Position numbers and translations under genes: made by a program. This document shows, piece by piece, positions 1 to 9,069 of a DNA stretch of 64,000 bases. Source of the stretch: Candidatus Latescibacterota bacterium. GTDB taxonomy: Bacteria > Latescibacterota > UBA2968 > GCA-2709665. The notes under the pieces are model-generated. The model had not been told where the DNA came from. It saw only the letters and a list, made by a program, of their open reading frames with translations, and did no database searches. Where the stretch lies: the NCBI GenBank assembly GCA_965219995.1, contig CBDCOX010000002.1, positions 2,112,001-2,176,000 of the forward strand. Reading direction: 5' to 3'. Positions within the stretch are counted from its first letter, which is position 1, and each line of letters starts with the position of its first letter.

Positions 1-864
1 AAGTCCCAGACGGTAACGGTCACGAATACCGGTGACGCTCCCCTGTCGATTACGGATATCACCGCCAGCGACGGACAGATTAGCGCATCACCCACGCAAT
101 TCTCGATTCCGCCAAAGCAGAACGGCTACTTTACGATTCGATTCGAGCCGACCCGCTCCGGTGACCTGTCGGCGCGTGTGACCATTTACAGTGACGATTC
201 TAATTCACCTGCGGTCAGTTTTCCCGTTGCAGGAACGGGACGCCGATCCGCAACCGCGTCCTTTACGTTGTCTCTTGTCGTTGACGCTCCGCAGAATCAG
301 GGCGTCTATGCCGCGCCTGCGGACGGCGTGATCGCTGTCGAAATACAAGGGCAGCGGGTGAAGGACGCCATCGGATTTCGCGCCGTGTTCGATCTTGACG
401 CGCCGGCCCTGTCTTACAGCGGCTTTGAAATCGGAAACAGCATTCCGAACGGGCATTCCCCGGGCCACTATTATCCCTCCGCCGATTCTTCCTCGGTGGA
501 AGTGACCGCGGCGTCATTCGGCGGAAGAATCGCACAATCAACGGCGAAACTGGGCACGATAAGGTTTGCCGTCGCGGATGCCTTTCAGTCGGGTCAGATC
601 CGATTGAGTTACGCGCGCATCCGGCGGTCCGGTCAATTCGAAGCGTTTGCCGCTCCCGTGGTCCTGCGTTTTTCACGACAACGAGGACCCAGGGGAGACT
701 TCGACGGCGACGGGACCGTCGGCTTTGCCGATTTTGTGCAGTTTGCCGGCGCGTTCGGTCTGAGTCGCGGTGATGCGGGGTATGACGCCAAGTTCGATCT
801 GGATGGAAATGGCATGATCGGATTCAGTGATTTTCTCGTCTTTGCCGGCAGCTTTGGTACGTAG
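1..864 (+). CDS. 5'-truncated surface protein: ASH/choice-of-anchor D-like Ig domain + cohesin-like domain + C-terminal dockerin-like double EF-hand
   Basis: Frame 1 is open from base 1 (KSQTVTVTNTGDAPLSITDIT...FTIRFEPT...VTIYSDD); beta-rich middle (LGTIRFAVADAF); ends GDFDGDGTVGFADF...FDLDGNGMIGFSDFLVFAGSFGT. Confidence 0.75.
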   Translation, partial: KSQTVTVTNTGDAPLSITDITASDGQISASPTQFSIPPKQNGYFTIRFEPTRSGDLSARVTIYSDDSNSPAVSFPVAGTGRRSATASFTLSLVVDAPQNQGVYAAPADGVIAVEIQGQRVKDAIGFRAVFDLDAPALSYSGFEIGNSIPNGHSPGHYYPSADSSSVEVTAASFGGRIAQSTAKLGTIRFAVADAFQSGQIRLSYARIRRSGQFEAFAAPVVLRFSRQRGPRGDFDGDGTVGFADFVQFAGAFGLSRGDAGYDAKFDLDGNGMIGFSDFLVFAGSFGT

Positions 865-1170
865 TGTCGTACAGTAAGACGTTGAAATCCCCCCTCCGCA
901 TCAAGGGGAGAGTGATCGAACCCACGAACGGTATTGCGGGTTCACTTCATTCATTCCGTTTGCTTCTGTACATCGCGAAGCCCCAATAGGTAAATGAGTG
1001 CTGAATAATTGGCATTGTACACCAAAAACAGATTATATTTGCATAACCGACTTTCAATCCGAATTCCATGTGCACCTTCTCGACCTGCGTTAACGCGCGC
1101 TACGACAGGCCGCTTCGACTAGCTAAACGCGAGCAGCGAACGCGTTCCTCCTGAGTCAACTGAATCCCCG

Positions 1171-2442
1171 ATGTCTGAACGATCCGAAGGTCCCTCCGAA
1201 ACCCCACCCCCTTTGAACGGCGCGCTCGCGCCGCTGAGCAACCCCGACTACCGCCGGCTGCTGGCCAGCAACGCCCTCTGGTGGCAGTTCATGTGGATGG
1301 AGATCATCGTGGCCGGCTGGCTGGTCCTGGAGCTTACGGACTCGGCCTGGCAGGTGTCGCTCATCGGTTTCTACCGCATGGCCCCGCTGCTGCTGATCGG
1401 CTTCGTCTCCGGGCCCCTCATCGACCGGTTCGGCCGCAGGAGGATTATCATCTTCTCCCAGGCGGTCAACCTTGTCGTCTCCCTCCTGATCGCCGTGATC
1501 ATTCTGACGGACCGCCTGGTCGTATGGCATCTGGCCGTCGGCGCGCTCGTGATGGGCACGACTTGGGCCGTGGACTGGACCGCGCGGCGTTCGCTGCTGC
1601 CGGACCTGGTGGGCAAGGCCAGAACCATGGACGCCATGCTCCTGGAGGGAATCTCCCAGAATGTCACCCGGGTTGCCGGGCCCTTTTCCAGCGGCGCCCT
1701 CTACGCGACCCTGGAACCGCTCGGGTGCTATCTGATCCTGACCGGGATCGCCCTGGCGTCACTGATCATCCTTGGACGGCTCTCCAAACAACCCGCCCTC
1801 GAAAAGACGCCGACGGACGGTTCCCACTGGACCCGGACCGTGGAGGGGCTGCGCTATATCCGGCGAAACCCCGCGATTCTGGGGGTTACGCTCATTACGG
1901 TTGCCATGAACTTCCTGGTCTTTCCCTACCAGACCCTGTTGCCGGTGTTTGCGAGGGACATCCTGAATCAGGGTCCCGTCGGATTCGGCGTACTCGCCTC
2001 GGCCAATGGGGTCGGCGCGTTTGCCGGCCTGTGGATTGTCAGCAGGCTCCGCCAAAGCGTGACTGCAACCCTGCTCTATGCGGGCGGCTCGTTTCTGATG
2101 GCCGCCGCCGTGGTTGTTTTCGCGACGTCGACCGACTTCCATGTTTCGCTGGCGCTCCTCATCCTGTCAGGAATCGGCCATGCGGCCTTCGGTCTTCTCC
2201 AAAGCACGATCGTCCTGTTATCGGCGCGGGACGACATGCGAAGCCGTGCAATGGGAGGCATCGTCCTCGCCATCGGCACCGGCCCGCCGGGACGCCTCAG
2301 CACGGGCGCGGTGGCCGAACGCTTCGGCGCGCCTTTCGCCGTCTTCGTCGCGTGCACCATCGCGGCCTTGATCGTCGTTGCGGTGACGCTGGCCATGTCG
2401 GGCTTCCGAAACGCATCGGCCGCGCGCGAGGCGAACGCATGA
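1171..2442 (+). CDS. MFS transporter
   Basis: 423 aa, about 12 hydrophobic segments, motif A GPLIDRFGRRR. Confidence 0.9.
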   Translation: MSERSEGPSETPPPLNGALAPLSNPDYRRLLASNALWWQFMWMEIIVAGWLVLELTDSAWQVSLIGFYRMAPLLLIGFVSGPLIDRFGRRRIIIFSQAVNLVVSLLIAVIILTDRLVVWHLAVGALVMGTTWAVDWTARRSLLPDLVGKARTMDAMLLEGISQNVTRVAGPFSSGALYATLEPLGCYLILTGIALASLIILGRLSKQPALEKTPTDGSHWTRTVEGLRYIRRNPAILGVTLITVAMNFLVFPYQTLLPVFARDILNQGPVGFGVLASANGVGAFAGLWIVSRLRQSVTATLLYAGGSFLMAAAVVVFATSTDFHVSLALLILSGIGHAAFGLLQSTIVLLSARDDMRSRAMGGIVLAIGTGPPGRLSTGAVAERFGAPFAVFVACTIAALIVVAVTLAMSGFRNASAAREANA

Positions 2443-2444
2443 AA

Positions 2445-2467
2445 AAACCGGCCCATCGGGCCGGTTT
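2445..2467. terminator. Intrinsic terminator hairpin between convergent genes
   Basis: AAACCGGCCC-ATC-GGGCCGGTTT; the A run gives a U tract on the minus strand. Confidence 0.7.
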
Positions 2468-2509
2468 CGTCGCCATCCGAAGTGTGTTTTCGTTTTCAAA
2501 GGCAAGTAC

Positions 2510-3499
2510 TCACGTCGCCAGAATTCGCGATACCTCCTCCTTGAGCGATACCTCCAATCTGGGGCCGTACTGCGCCACCACCCGCATCGACGCGTAGTTC
2601 GCGAGTTTCGCCGCCTGCGCCGCGTCGAATCCATGGGTAATCCCGAACAGATAGGCCCCGGCAAACATATCCCCGGCACCGTTGGTATCCACCGCATCGA
2701 CGTTGAATCCCGGGGAGTGAAACCGTTCGCCACCGTCCCGCACCACGGCGCCGTTGGCCTCACACGTGACGGCGTATGCGCCGACCATCGTTTCGAGTGC
2801 GGCGCAAGCGCCATTCGTATCGCCGGTTTCCGTAAACGCCTTCGCCTCGTCTACATTGCAGAACAGCATATCCACCCCGCCGGACACCAGAGCCCGCATC
2901 CGGTCCCCGAACGCGGACACGATGGAGGGGTCGCTCAACGTGAGCGATACCCGCGTCTTCCGCGCGCGTGCCTCGGCCTGGGCGGCCAGCGCCGCGTCGA
3001 ACCCTTCATCCGAGGCGACAAGATAACCTTCAATATACAGGTACTCGCTCTTCCCGATCACCTCGGGTTCGAGCTGTGCCGGTCCAAACGTCCCGGTGAT
3101 GCCCAGGTACGTATTCATCGTGCGATCGGCGTCGTCCGTGATCATCACGAGGCACTTGCCCGTAATTCCGTCACCCTGAAACCGGTTGGAAGCCACCCCC
3201 GCCGCCTCCAGGTCCCCGAGGTAAAATTCCCCGTACGAATCCTTCGCCACCTTGCACGCATAGTATGCCCTGCCGCCGAAGTCCGCTACCGCAATCATGG
3301 AATTCGCAGCTGAACCACCCGACGAGCGCTTCAGAACGTCATCGCCCAGGCGTTCGAGGAGCTGGTGATGCCGGTCTTCTTCGATCAGCGTCATCACGCC
3401 TTTCTCGATTCCTGCCGACGCGAGAAAGCCGGGTGTGACCCGATACTGAATATCCACCAGCGCGTTGCCGATTCCGTACACGCTAAACGCACGACCCAT
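2510..3499 (-). CDS. PfkB-family carbohydrate/adenosine kinase
   Basis: GIGNALVD, GGSAAN, DTNGAGDMFAG motifs; ATG at 3499 follows an AAGGAG RBS. Confidence 0.9.
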   Translation of the reverse strand: MGRAFSVYGIGNALVDIQYRVTPGFLASAGIEKGVMTLIEEDRHHQLLERLGDDVLKRSSGGSAANSMIAVADFGGRAYYACKVAKDSYGEFYLGDLEAAGVASNRFQGDGITGKCLVMITDDADRTMNTYLGITGTFGPAQLEPEVIGKSEYLYIEGYLVASDEGFDAALAAQAEARARKTRVSLTLSDPSIVSAFGDRMRALVSGGVDMLFCNVDEAKAFTETGDTNGACAALETMVGAYAVTCEANGAVVRDGGERFHSPGFNVDAVDTNGAGDMFAGAYLFGITHGFDAAQAAKLANYASMRVVAQYGPRLEVSLKEEVSRILAT

Positions 3500-3556
3500 T
3501 CGCGCTCCTTGCAAAATCGGTTGAATTCTTTATCATAGTGGCGTACGCGGACCGAG

Positions 3557-3585
3557 GCAGCGGCCGGTTTGAAACCCGCCCCTGC
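3557..3585. repeat. Degenerate REP-like palindrome
   Basis: GCAGCGGCCGGTTT-G-AAACCCGCCCCTGC imperfect inverted repeat in a divergent intergenic gap. Confidence 0.45.
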
Positions 3586-3655
3586 AATGGGGTCATTTGC
3601 CTAACCATAATACAATGAGCCGGATAAGGAAACACCCTTTTTCGAGGAAACGGAA

Positions 3656-4411
3656 TTGAGCGCGATCATTACCTGCAACGTGCGGGACCAGGTCATCCTC
3701 ATCGACGTCGAATCTGAACGGGACGACGAGGCCTCGCGCAACCACGAACTCTGGCGGGCGAATTCCTTCAACGAAAAGGAACCAGATACCCTGGACTGGA
3801 TCGATACCTGGTTCCAACCAGGCGAGACCATTTACGACGTCGGCGCGAACATCGGCCAATATTCCCTGTACGCCGCGCGCAGGCTGAGGGAACGCGCCCG
3901 GATCCTCGCCTTTGAACCGGAAGCCCTGAACCACGCCAAACTGAACAGGAACATCCTGCTCAACGGCCTGGGAGAGGTCGTTACCGCCTACCCCATCGCC
4001 GTATCGGACCGCACGGCCATTCAGCACTTCTATTCGAAGACCTTCGCCCCGGGCGCCGCGCTCCACGCGCTGGGGGAACCCGTTACCCAGGGCGCCGTCC
4101 CCTTCGCGCCGCAGAACCGGCAGGGGGCAATGGCTGTGTCGCTGGACGACCTCACGGGGCGATTCGGCCTGCCGTTTCCCGACCACGTGAAAATCGACGT
4201 CGACGGCATCGAAGACAAGATTGTCGCCGGCGCATCGCGAACGCTTCAGGATGCCAGACTGAAAACCGTGCTCATCGAAGTCTTCATGTTCGAAGATATG
4301 GCCCGGAAGATCGAATCCGCATTCTTCGAACGGGGATTCGGCCTCGCCAACGCCGTCCCGGTCGACTACACCGAGGGCATTGTTCAGAACCTGGTTTTCA
4401 AGCGAAAATAA
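3656..4411 (+). CDS. FkbM-family SAM methyltransferase
   Basis: YDVGANIGQYS, AFEPE and VKIDVDG motifs; TTG start. Confidence 0.9.
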   Translation: MSAIITCNVRDQVILIDVESERDDEASRNHELWRANSFNEKEPDTLDWIDTWFQPGETIYDVGANIGQYSLYAARRLRERARILAFEPEALNHAKLNRNILLNGLGEVVTAYPIAVSDRTAIQHFYSKTFAPGAALHALGEPVTQGAVPFAPQNRQGAMAVSLDDLTGRFGLPFPDHVKIDVDGIEDKIVAGASRTLQDARLKTVLIEVFMFEDMARKIESAFFERGFGLANAVPVDYTEGIVQNLVFKRK

Positions 4412-4424
4412 ATGAGAAGATTCC

Positions 4425-5699
4425 ATGTCCATTTTTGAAGACGACGTACTGGAACGGCGGCGGCAGCGGGCTTGCGGGGCGCTGGGAGAGGACCCGCCAA
4501 TCGTGCTCTTCGGCGCCGGACGGCCCGTTCAGGTTCCCGGGGGCCAGGACCAGACCTATCCGTTCGTCCCCTACCCCGAATACTACTGGCTGACCGGCTC
4601 GGGGCGCTGGGGCGGCGTGCTCGCATTCGATCCTCAGGAAGGCTGGACCCACTTCGTACGGCCGGTTTCACAGAACGAGCGACTGTGGGAGGGCGGCGGC
4701 GAGACGGTCGAAGGCGTGGACGTGGCCGACCTGCCGGGCTGGTTGGAAAAACGCGGCGGCCGCGCCGTTGCGGTCATCGGCGGGGCGGTCGAAAACGCGG
4801 AGAGCGACCCCCAGCTCGCCTCGCGTATTCAATCGTCACTGGACGGAGTCCGCCGCCGGAAGGACGCCGCCGAAATCGAGCTGATGGAGAGGGCGGCCAA
4901 AGCGACCGCGGCCGGCCACGCGAAAGCCCGCGACGCCATCCGACCGGGCGTCAGCGAACGCGGCATCCGAATCGAACTCGAAGCCGAGATGTACCGGCAC
5001 GGCGCCGACGACGTCGCCTTCGACACCATCGTCGGCGCGGGAACCCATGCGGCCGTGCTCCATTTCGAACCCGGCGCCCGGACAGTGGCGCCGGACGACC
5101 TGGTCCTCATCGACGCAGGGGCGTCCATCGCCGGCTACGTGGCGGACGTTACCCGCACCTATCCCGCCGGGGACCGCTTCACGCCCAGGCAGCAGGCCAT
5201 CTACGATCTCGTTCTCGCCGCCCAGCTGAAAGCCATTTCCGCCTGTCGGCAAGACGTGGAATGGCACCAGGTACACCGCGCCGCGGCCGGTGTCATCGCC
5301 ACGGGACTTCGGGACCTGGGCATCCTCAGAGGGACACAGGACGACCTCCTCGACAGCGGCGCCATTTCTCTCTTCCTGCCGCACGGCGTCGGCCACATGG
5401 TCGGCCTCGGCGTCCGCGACGTGGGCGGCCGGGCGGCCGGGCGCGAAGTCAGCGTCTATTGCGGCATCCGGATGCGCCTGGATCTGCCACTTGAGGAGGA
5501 CTTCGTCATGACCGTCGAGCCCGGCGTCTATTTCGTGCCCGCGTTGCTCGACGACCCCGAGCGTCGCGAACGTTTCGCCGGAATGGTCGACTGGGACACA
5601 CTGGAATCCTGGCGGGCGGTCGGCGGCGTCCGCATCGAGGACAACGTGCTCATCACCGCCGCCGATCCCCGTAACCTGACGTCAGGGATACCCAAGTGA
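4425..5699 (+). CDS. Xaa-Pro aminopeptidase (peptidase M24)
   Basis: LIDAG...ADVTRT, PHGVGHMVGLGVRD, TVEPG, GGVRIEDNV. Confidence 0.9.
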   Translation: MSIFEDDVLERRRQRACGALGEDPPIVLFGAGRPVQVPGGQDQTYPFVPYPEYYWLTGSGRWGGVLAFDPQEGWTHFVRPVSQNERLWEGGGETVEGVDVADLPGWLEKRGGRAVAVIGGAVENAESDPQLASRIQSSLDGVRRRKDAAEIELMERAAKATAAGHAKARDAIRPGVSERGIRIELEAEMYRHGADDVAFDTIVGAGTHAAVLHFEPGARTVAPDDLVLIDAGASIAGYVADVTRTYPAGDRFTPRQQAIYDLVLAAQLKAISACRQDVEWHQVHRAAAGVIATGLRDLGILRGTQDDLLDSGAISLFLPHGVGHMVGLGVRDVGGRAAGREVSVYCGIRMRLDLPLEEDFVMTVEPGVYFVPALLDDPERRERFAGMVDWDTLESWRAVGGVRIEDNVLITAADPRNLTSGIPK

Positions 5700-5776
5700 T
5701 CCCCGCGGACACCCGGGTGGGGCTGATCGGAGTTCGGTGGCGCGCCGGAACAGCATGTACGAGGGTAGAGTAAATC

Positions 5777-7141
5777 ATGGCTGATCCATCCGCTGCCGCC
5801 GCCCGCGCCCCGGGACCGGGCGGGATCCCGTTTCTGGGCTGCGTCCTGCCGTTTCGGAAGGACCCGATCGGGTTTCTACGGGATGCCTGGTCCACGTACG
5901 GCGACGTGGTCCGGCTGGATATCCGGGGGAAAACGGTGTACCTGGTCACCCGCCCGGAGCACATCGAACACGTGCTGGTGCGCAGGAGACGCACTTATTT
6001 CAAAGGATACGGGTACGACGACCAGAAGCTGCTGCTTGGCGAGGGCCTGATCACGAGCGAGGGAGAACTCTGGGAGCGCCAGCACCGGATCATGCAGCCG
6101 TTCTTCACGCCCAGAGGCACGATGCGCTTCATGGATGTGATGGTGAACGCGATTCGCGACATGCTTGCGCGGTGGGAGCTTCTCGCGGATGGCGAACGAG
6201 CGATCCAGGTCGACGAGGAGATGGCGCGCCTCACGGGGAATATCATCGTACGTATCCTCTTCAGCAGGGACCTGAACGAAGAGGCATCGGGGATCGACGA
6301 GGCATTCCAGTATTGCGTGGGATTCATCGACCGGCGTTCCGCCGATCTGATCGCACTTCCCATGTTCCTCCCCACGCCGGCAAACCGCCGGTTCAGGCAT
6401 TGTCTGAACGCCATCCACCGGTACATCGACGAACGAATCGACGAGCGTCGCCGCCACCGGGGAGAAGAGGACCTGCTTTCCGTACTGATGGGCGCCCGCG
6501 ATGAGGAAACGGGCGAGCGCATGGACCGGCGGCAACTCCGCGACGAACTCGTTACGCTCTTCGTCGCCGGATATCAGACGACGATGCACGCGCTCACCTG
6601 GACCTGGTACCTGCTGGACCGGCATCGGGACGCGGCGGGAAGGCTGTGGGAGGAGGAGCGTTCGGTCCTGAACGGACGTGAGCCCACCATCGAGTCCGTC
6701 CATGAACTTCAATACGCTCGAATGGTGTTCCAGGAAGCGATGCGCCTCTATCCGCCGATCAAGGTGATCGTTCGGGAGGCCGCGGCCGACGACGAGATCG
6801 ACGGGTACCACGTCTCCGCCGGATCGCTCGTACTCATCAGTCCCTACATCACGCAACGCCACCCGGCGCTATGGGAGCATCCGGAATCGTTCGACCCCGA
6901 ACGATTCACGCCCGAACAGACGGAACGACGGTCGCGCTACGCGTATCTGCCCTTCAGCGCCGGGCCGCGGGTGTGCCTGGGCGGTCACTTCGCGATGCTG
7001 GAAGCGGCGCTGGTGTTGTCGATGACGATCCGGGAATACCGGCTTCAACTCGTGCCGGGCCACCCCGTCGAACCTTCCATGGACGTGAAAACCTGGCCGC
7101 TCCACGGAATGCCCATGACGGTGCATCGGCGGGAAGCGTGA
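5777..7141 (+). CDS. Cytochrome P450
   Basis: I-helix FVAGYQTT, ExxR (EAMR), FDPERF, heme motif FSAGPRVCLG. Confidence 0.95.
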   Translation: MADPSAAAARAPGPGGIPFLGCVLPFRKDPIGFLRDAWSTYGDVVRLDIRGKTVYLVTRPEHIEHVLVRRRRTYFKGYGYDDQKLLLGEGLITSEGELWERQHRIMQPFFTPRGTMRFMDVMVNAIRDMLARWELLADGERAIQVDEEMARLTGNIIVRILFSRDLNEEASGIDEAFQYCVGFIDRRSADLIALPMFLPTPANRRFRHCLNAIHRYIDERIDERRRHRGEEDLLSVLMGARDEETGERMDRRQLRDELVTLFVAGYQTTMHALTWTWYLLDRHRDAAGRLWEEERSVLNGREPTIESVHELQYARMVFQEAMRLYPPIKVIVREAAADDEIDGYHVSAGSLVLISPYITQRHPALWEHPESFDPERFTPEQTERRSRYAYLPFSAGPRVCLGGHFAMLEAALVLSMTIREYRLQLVPGHPVEPSMDVKTWPLHGMPMTVHRREA

Positions 7142-7384
7142 GACGTAAGACGTGAGCCGTGAGAAGATGTCCTTGCCCGATTCGTACTTCCTTAATGCCT
7201 CCGACAAGAAATGAACCCGCACGGGGCAATATAACCGGTTAGACGTGAGACGGTAGACGGTAGATGAAAACGTTACCACAGTGTTTTCACATTAACCGTG
7301 CCTGTTTTTTTCGCCGTAATCGTAACGACAAGAAATACCATGTGGCACTGATATCATCTCACTTCTCACCTCTCCCGTCTCCCC
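7137..7384. repeat. Three arrays of the heptamer CGTGAGA/TCTCACG between convergent genes
   Basis: 7137-7164 cgtgaga-cgtaaga-cgtgagc-cgtgaga; 7237-7264 ggttaga-cgtgaga-cggtaga-cggtaga; inverted array 7357-7384 tctcact-tctcacc-tctcccg-tctcccc. Confidence 0.8.
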
Positions 7385-7392
7385 GCCTTTTG

Positions 7393-9066
7393 CTACTCTT
7401 CGTCCACTTCCAGCGTATTCAGAATCGCATCGGCGTCTTCCTCGATTGGCTCGGCGCTGAGAATCCTCCATTTGTACTGGATGTCCCGCTTTCCCGCGCC
7501 AGCGGCGCGCAGCACCTCGTCTTCCGCCCAGCCCGGCCGCATCAGGTGCAGGCAGGGCGGCGCCAGCCTCCGGGAGCGGCGCTTCTCTGCGTACTCCACG
7601 TTGACCTCCGCGAGCGCGCGGTCCAGATGGGGAATCACCTCGTTTCTCAGCAGGTCCTGCGCGACCTCTCCCTTGAATTCCGCGTAGATCTCGTACCGGT
7701 GCGCCGCCACGTTGGCCACCACCCGGAACTGCTCGACGACCGATACGTCATACCGCCGGCGGACCTCCTGAAGCGCCAGCAGCAGATGGTTGATATGCAT
7801 CTTCTCGCCTGTGATGCTCGTCATGTCGCGGCCCTTGCGAATGAAGGCCAGCATCGGGGCGTTTCGGTAGAATCCGGTCACTTGTACGACGTCGTTGATG
7901 TCGTACCGGTAGAGCCCGCCCGGAGTCGTCAGCAGGACCGCATAGTTCATGCCGGTCTCCAGTTCGTGACTGGAGAATACCGGAGGGTCCGGATCATCCA
8001 TCGCTGCTTCGGGGATGAACTCATAATAGTTCCCGTTGAGCGAGAGAATGCCCGACGCCGTATTGTCCTGGTTCGGAAGGGTGAAGTGTCCTTCGCTGGC
8101 CAGGAAGCCCAGGTCGCGCATGGGTACGTCGCCGAAATATTCCGGAAGTCTTCGTGCCTGCACGCCAACGCTGCCGCCCAGCCAGCACCCGATGAGTTTC
8201 AGGTCCGGCCAGCAATCTCCCGGACGGAGAGCCCCGGCCCGCGCTACTACGTCCTCGAGGACCCGCGCGCGGTCCGGGTCCGGCTTCAATGCGGCGGCCA
8301 GTTGTCCGGCAAGCTCGGGCTGGTCCGGCAGATCGATGCCCGGTGTGCCGTCGCGGACCGCGCGGACGATGGCTTCCGTGTTTCGGAGTGCGGTTTCCCC
8401 CAGGCGGATGAGCGTACTGGGATTGGGCGTGCCGATGTAAGAAACCCGCCTGGCCAGCGCGAGCCGCGCGGCCACGAAGTACCGGCGGTCGTAGTCCTCG
8501 ATCTCGGATACCGCGTAGGGGATCGCGTAGGTGCTTCGGATCGGCCCGGGAATGCGCTGGTAGAGCATCCCGGACGCACTGCCGTATGGAAGACCCGCGG
8601 GCGTGTGTCCCTCGATTGCCCGGCTGACAATGCCGACGAACGCGCCATTCAGGAAGTCCGGATGGTCCTGAAGCGCGCGATAGATCCACTCCAGCGAAAA
8701 GCCGGACGCACGGCGCATGGACTCGGGCGTTACGGGGATGTACTTCGGTTCTCCCGTGGTCCCGCTCGTCATGTTCAACATCCGCGTGGGGGCCGACGTC
8801 AGCACCGCCCGCTCTCCCGCGATAATCCGGTTGACGTAGGGACGCAGCCCTTCGTAGTCGCGGATCGGGACCTGGCGACGGTAGTCGGCTTCGTTGCGGA
8901 TCGCGGCGAAGCCATGGTCCCTTCCGAATGCCGTGCGAGCATTTCGCTTCATCATGCGGCGAAGGAGGTTTTTCTGCGTTGCGTGAGGGCGTTCCGCCGC
9001 ACCATCGAGTTCCTTGGCCAGGCCGTACCCCTTCAGCCGGATGAGTGTCTTGACCAGCCTTCCCAT
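7393..9066 (-). CDS. GH3 auxin-responsive family acyl-amido synthetase (ANL superfamily)
   Basis: TSGTTGEPKYIP, LASEG, YYEFIP, GGLYRYDINDVV, TGEK motifs. Confidence 0.92.
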   Translation of the reverse strand: MGRLVKTLIRLKGYGLAKELDGAAERPHATQKNLLRRMMKRNARTAFGRDHGFAAIRNEADYRRQVPIRDYEGLRPYVNRIIAGERAVLTSAPTRMLNMTSGTTGEPKYIPVTPESMRRASGFSLEWIYRALQDHPDFLNGAFVGIVSRAIEGHTPAGLPYGSASGMLYQRIPGPIRSTYAIPYAVSEIEDYDRRYFVAARLALARRVSYIGTPNPSTLIRLGETALRNTEAIVRAVRDGTPGIDLPDQPELAGQLAAALKPDPDRARVLEDVVARAGALRPGDCWPDLKLIGCWLGGSVGVQARRLPEYFGDVPMRDLGFLASEGHFTLPNQDNTASGILSLNGNYYEFIPEAAMDDPDPPVFSSHELETGMNYAVLLTTPGGLYRYDINDVVQVTGFYRNAPMLAFIRKGRDMTSITGEKMHINHLLLALQEVRRRYDVSVVEQFRVVANVAAHRYEIYAEFKGEVAQDLLRNEVIPHLDRALAEVNVEYAEKRRSRRLAPPCLHLMRPGWAEDEVLRAAGAGKRDIQYKWRILSAEPIEEDADAILNTLEVDEE

Positions 9067-9069
9067 TGA

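Noticed and set aside
7264-9069. 601-aa plus-strand ORF
   Set aside because: Antisense shadow of the GH3 gene; long reverse frames are common at high GC; no motifs
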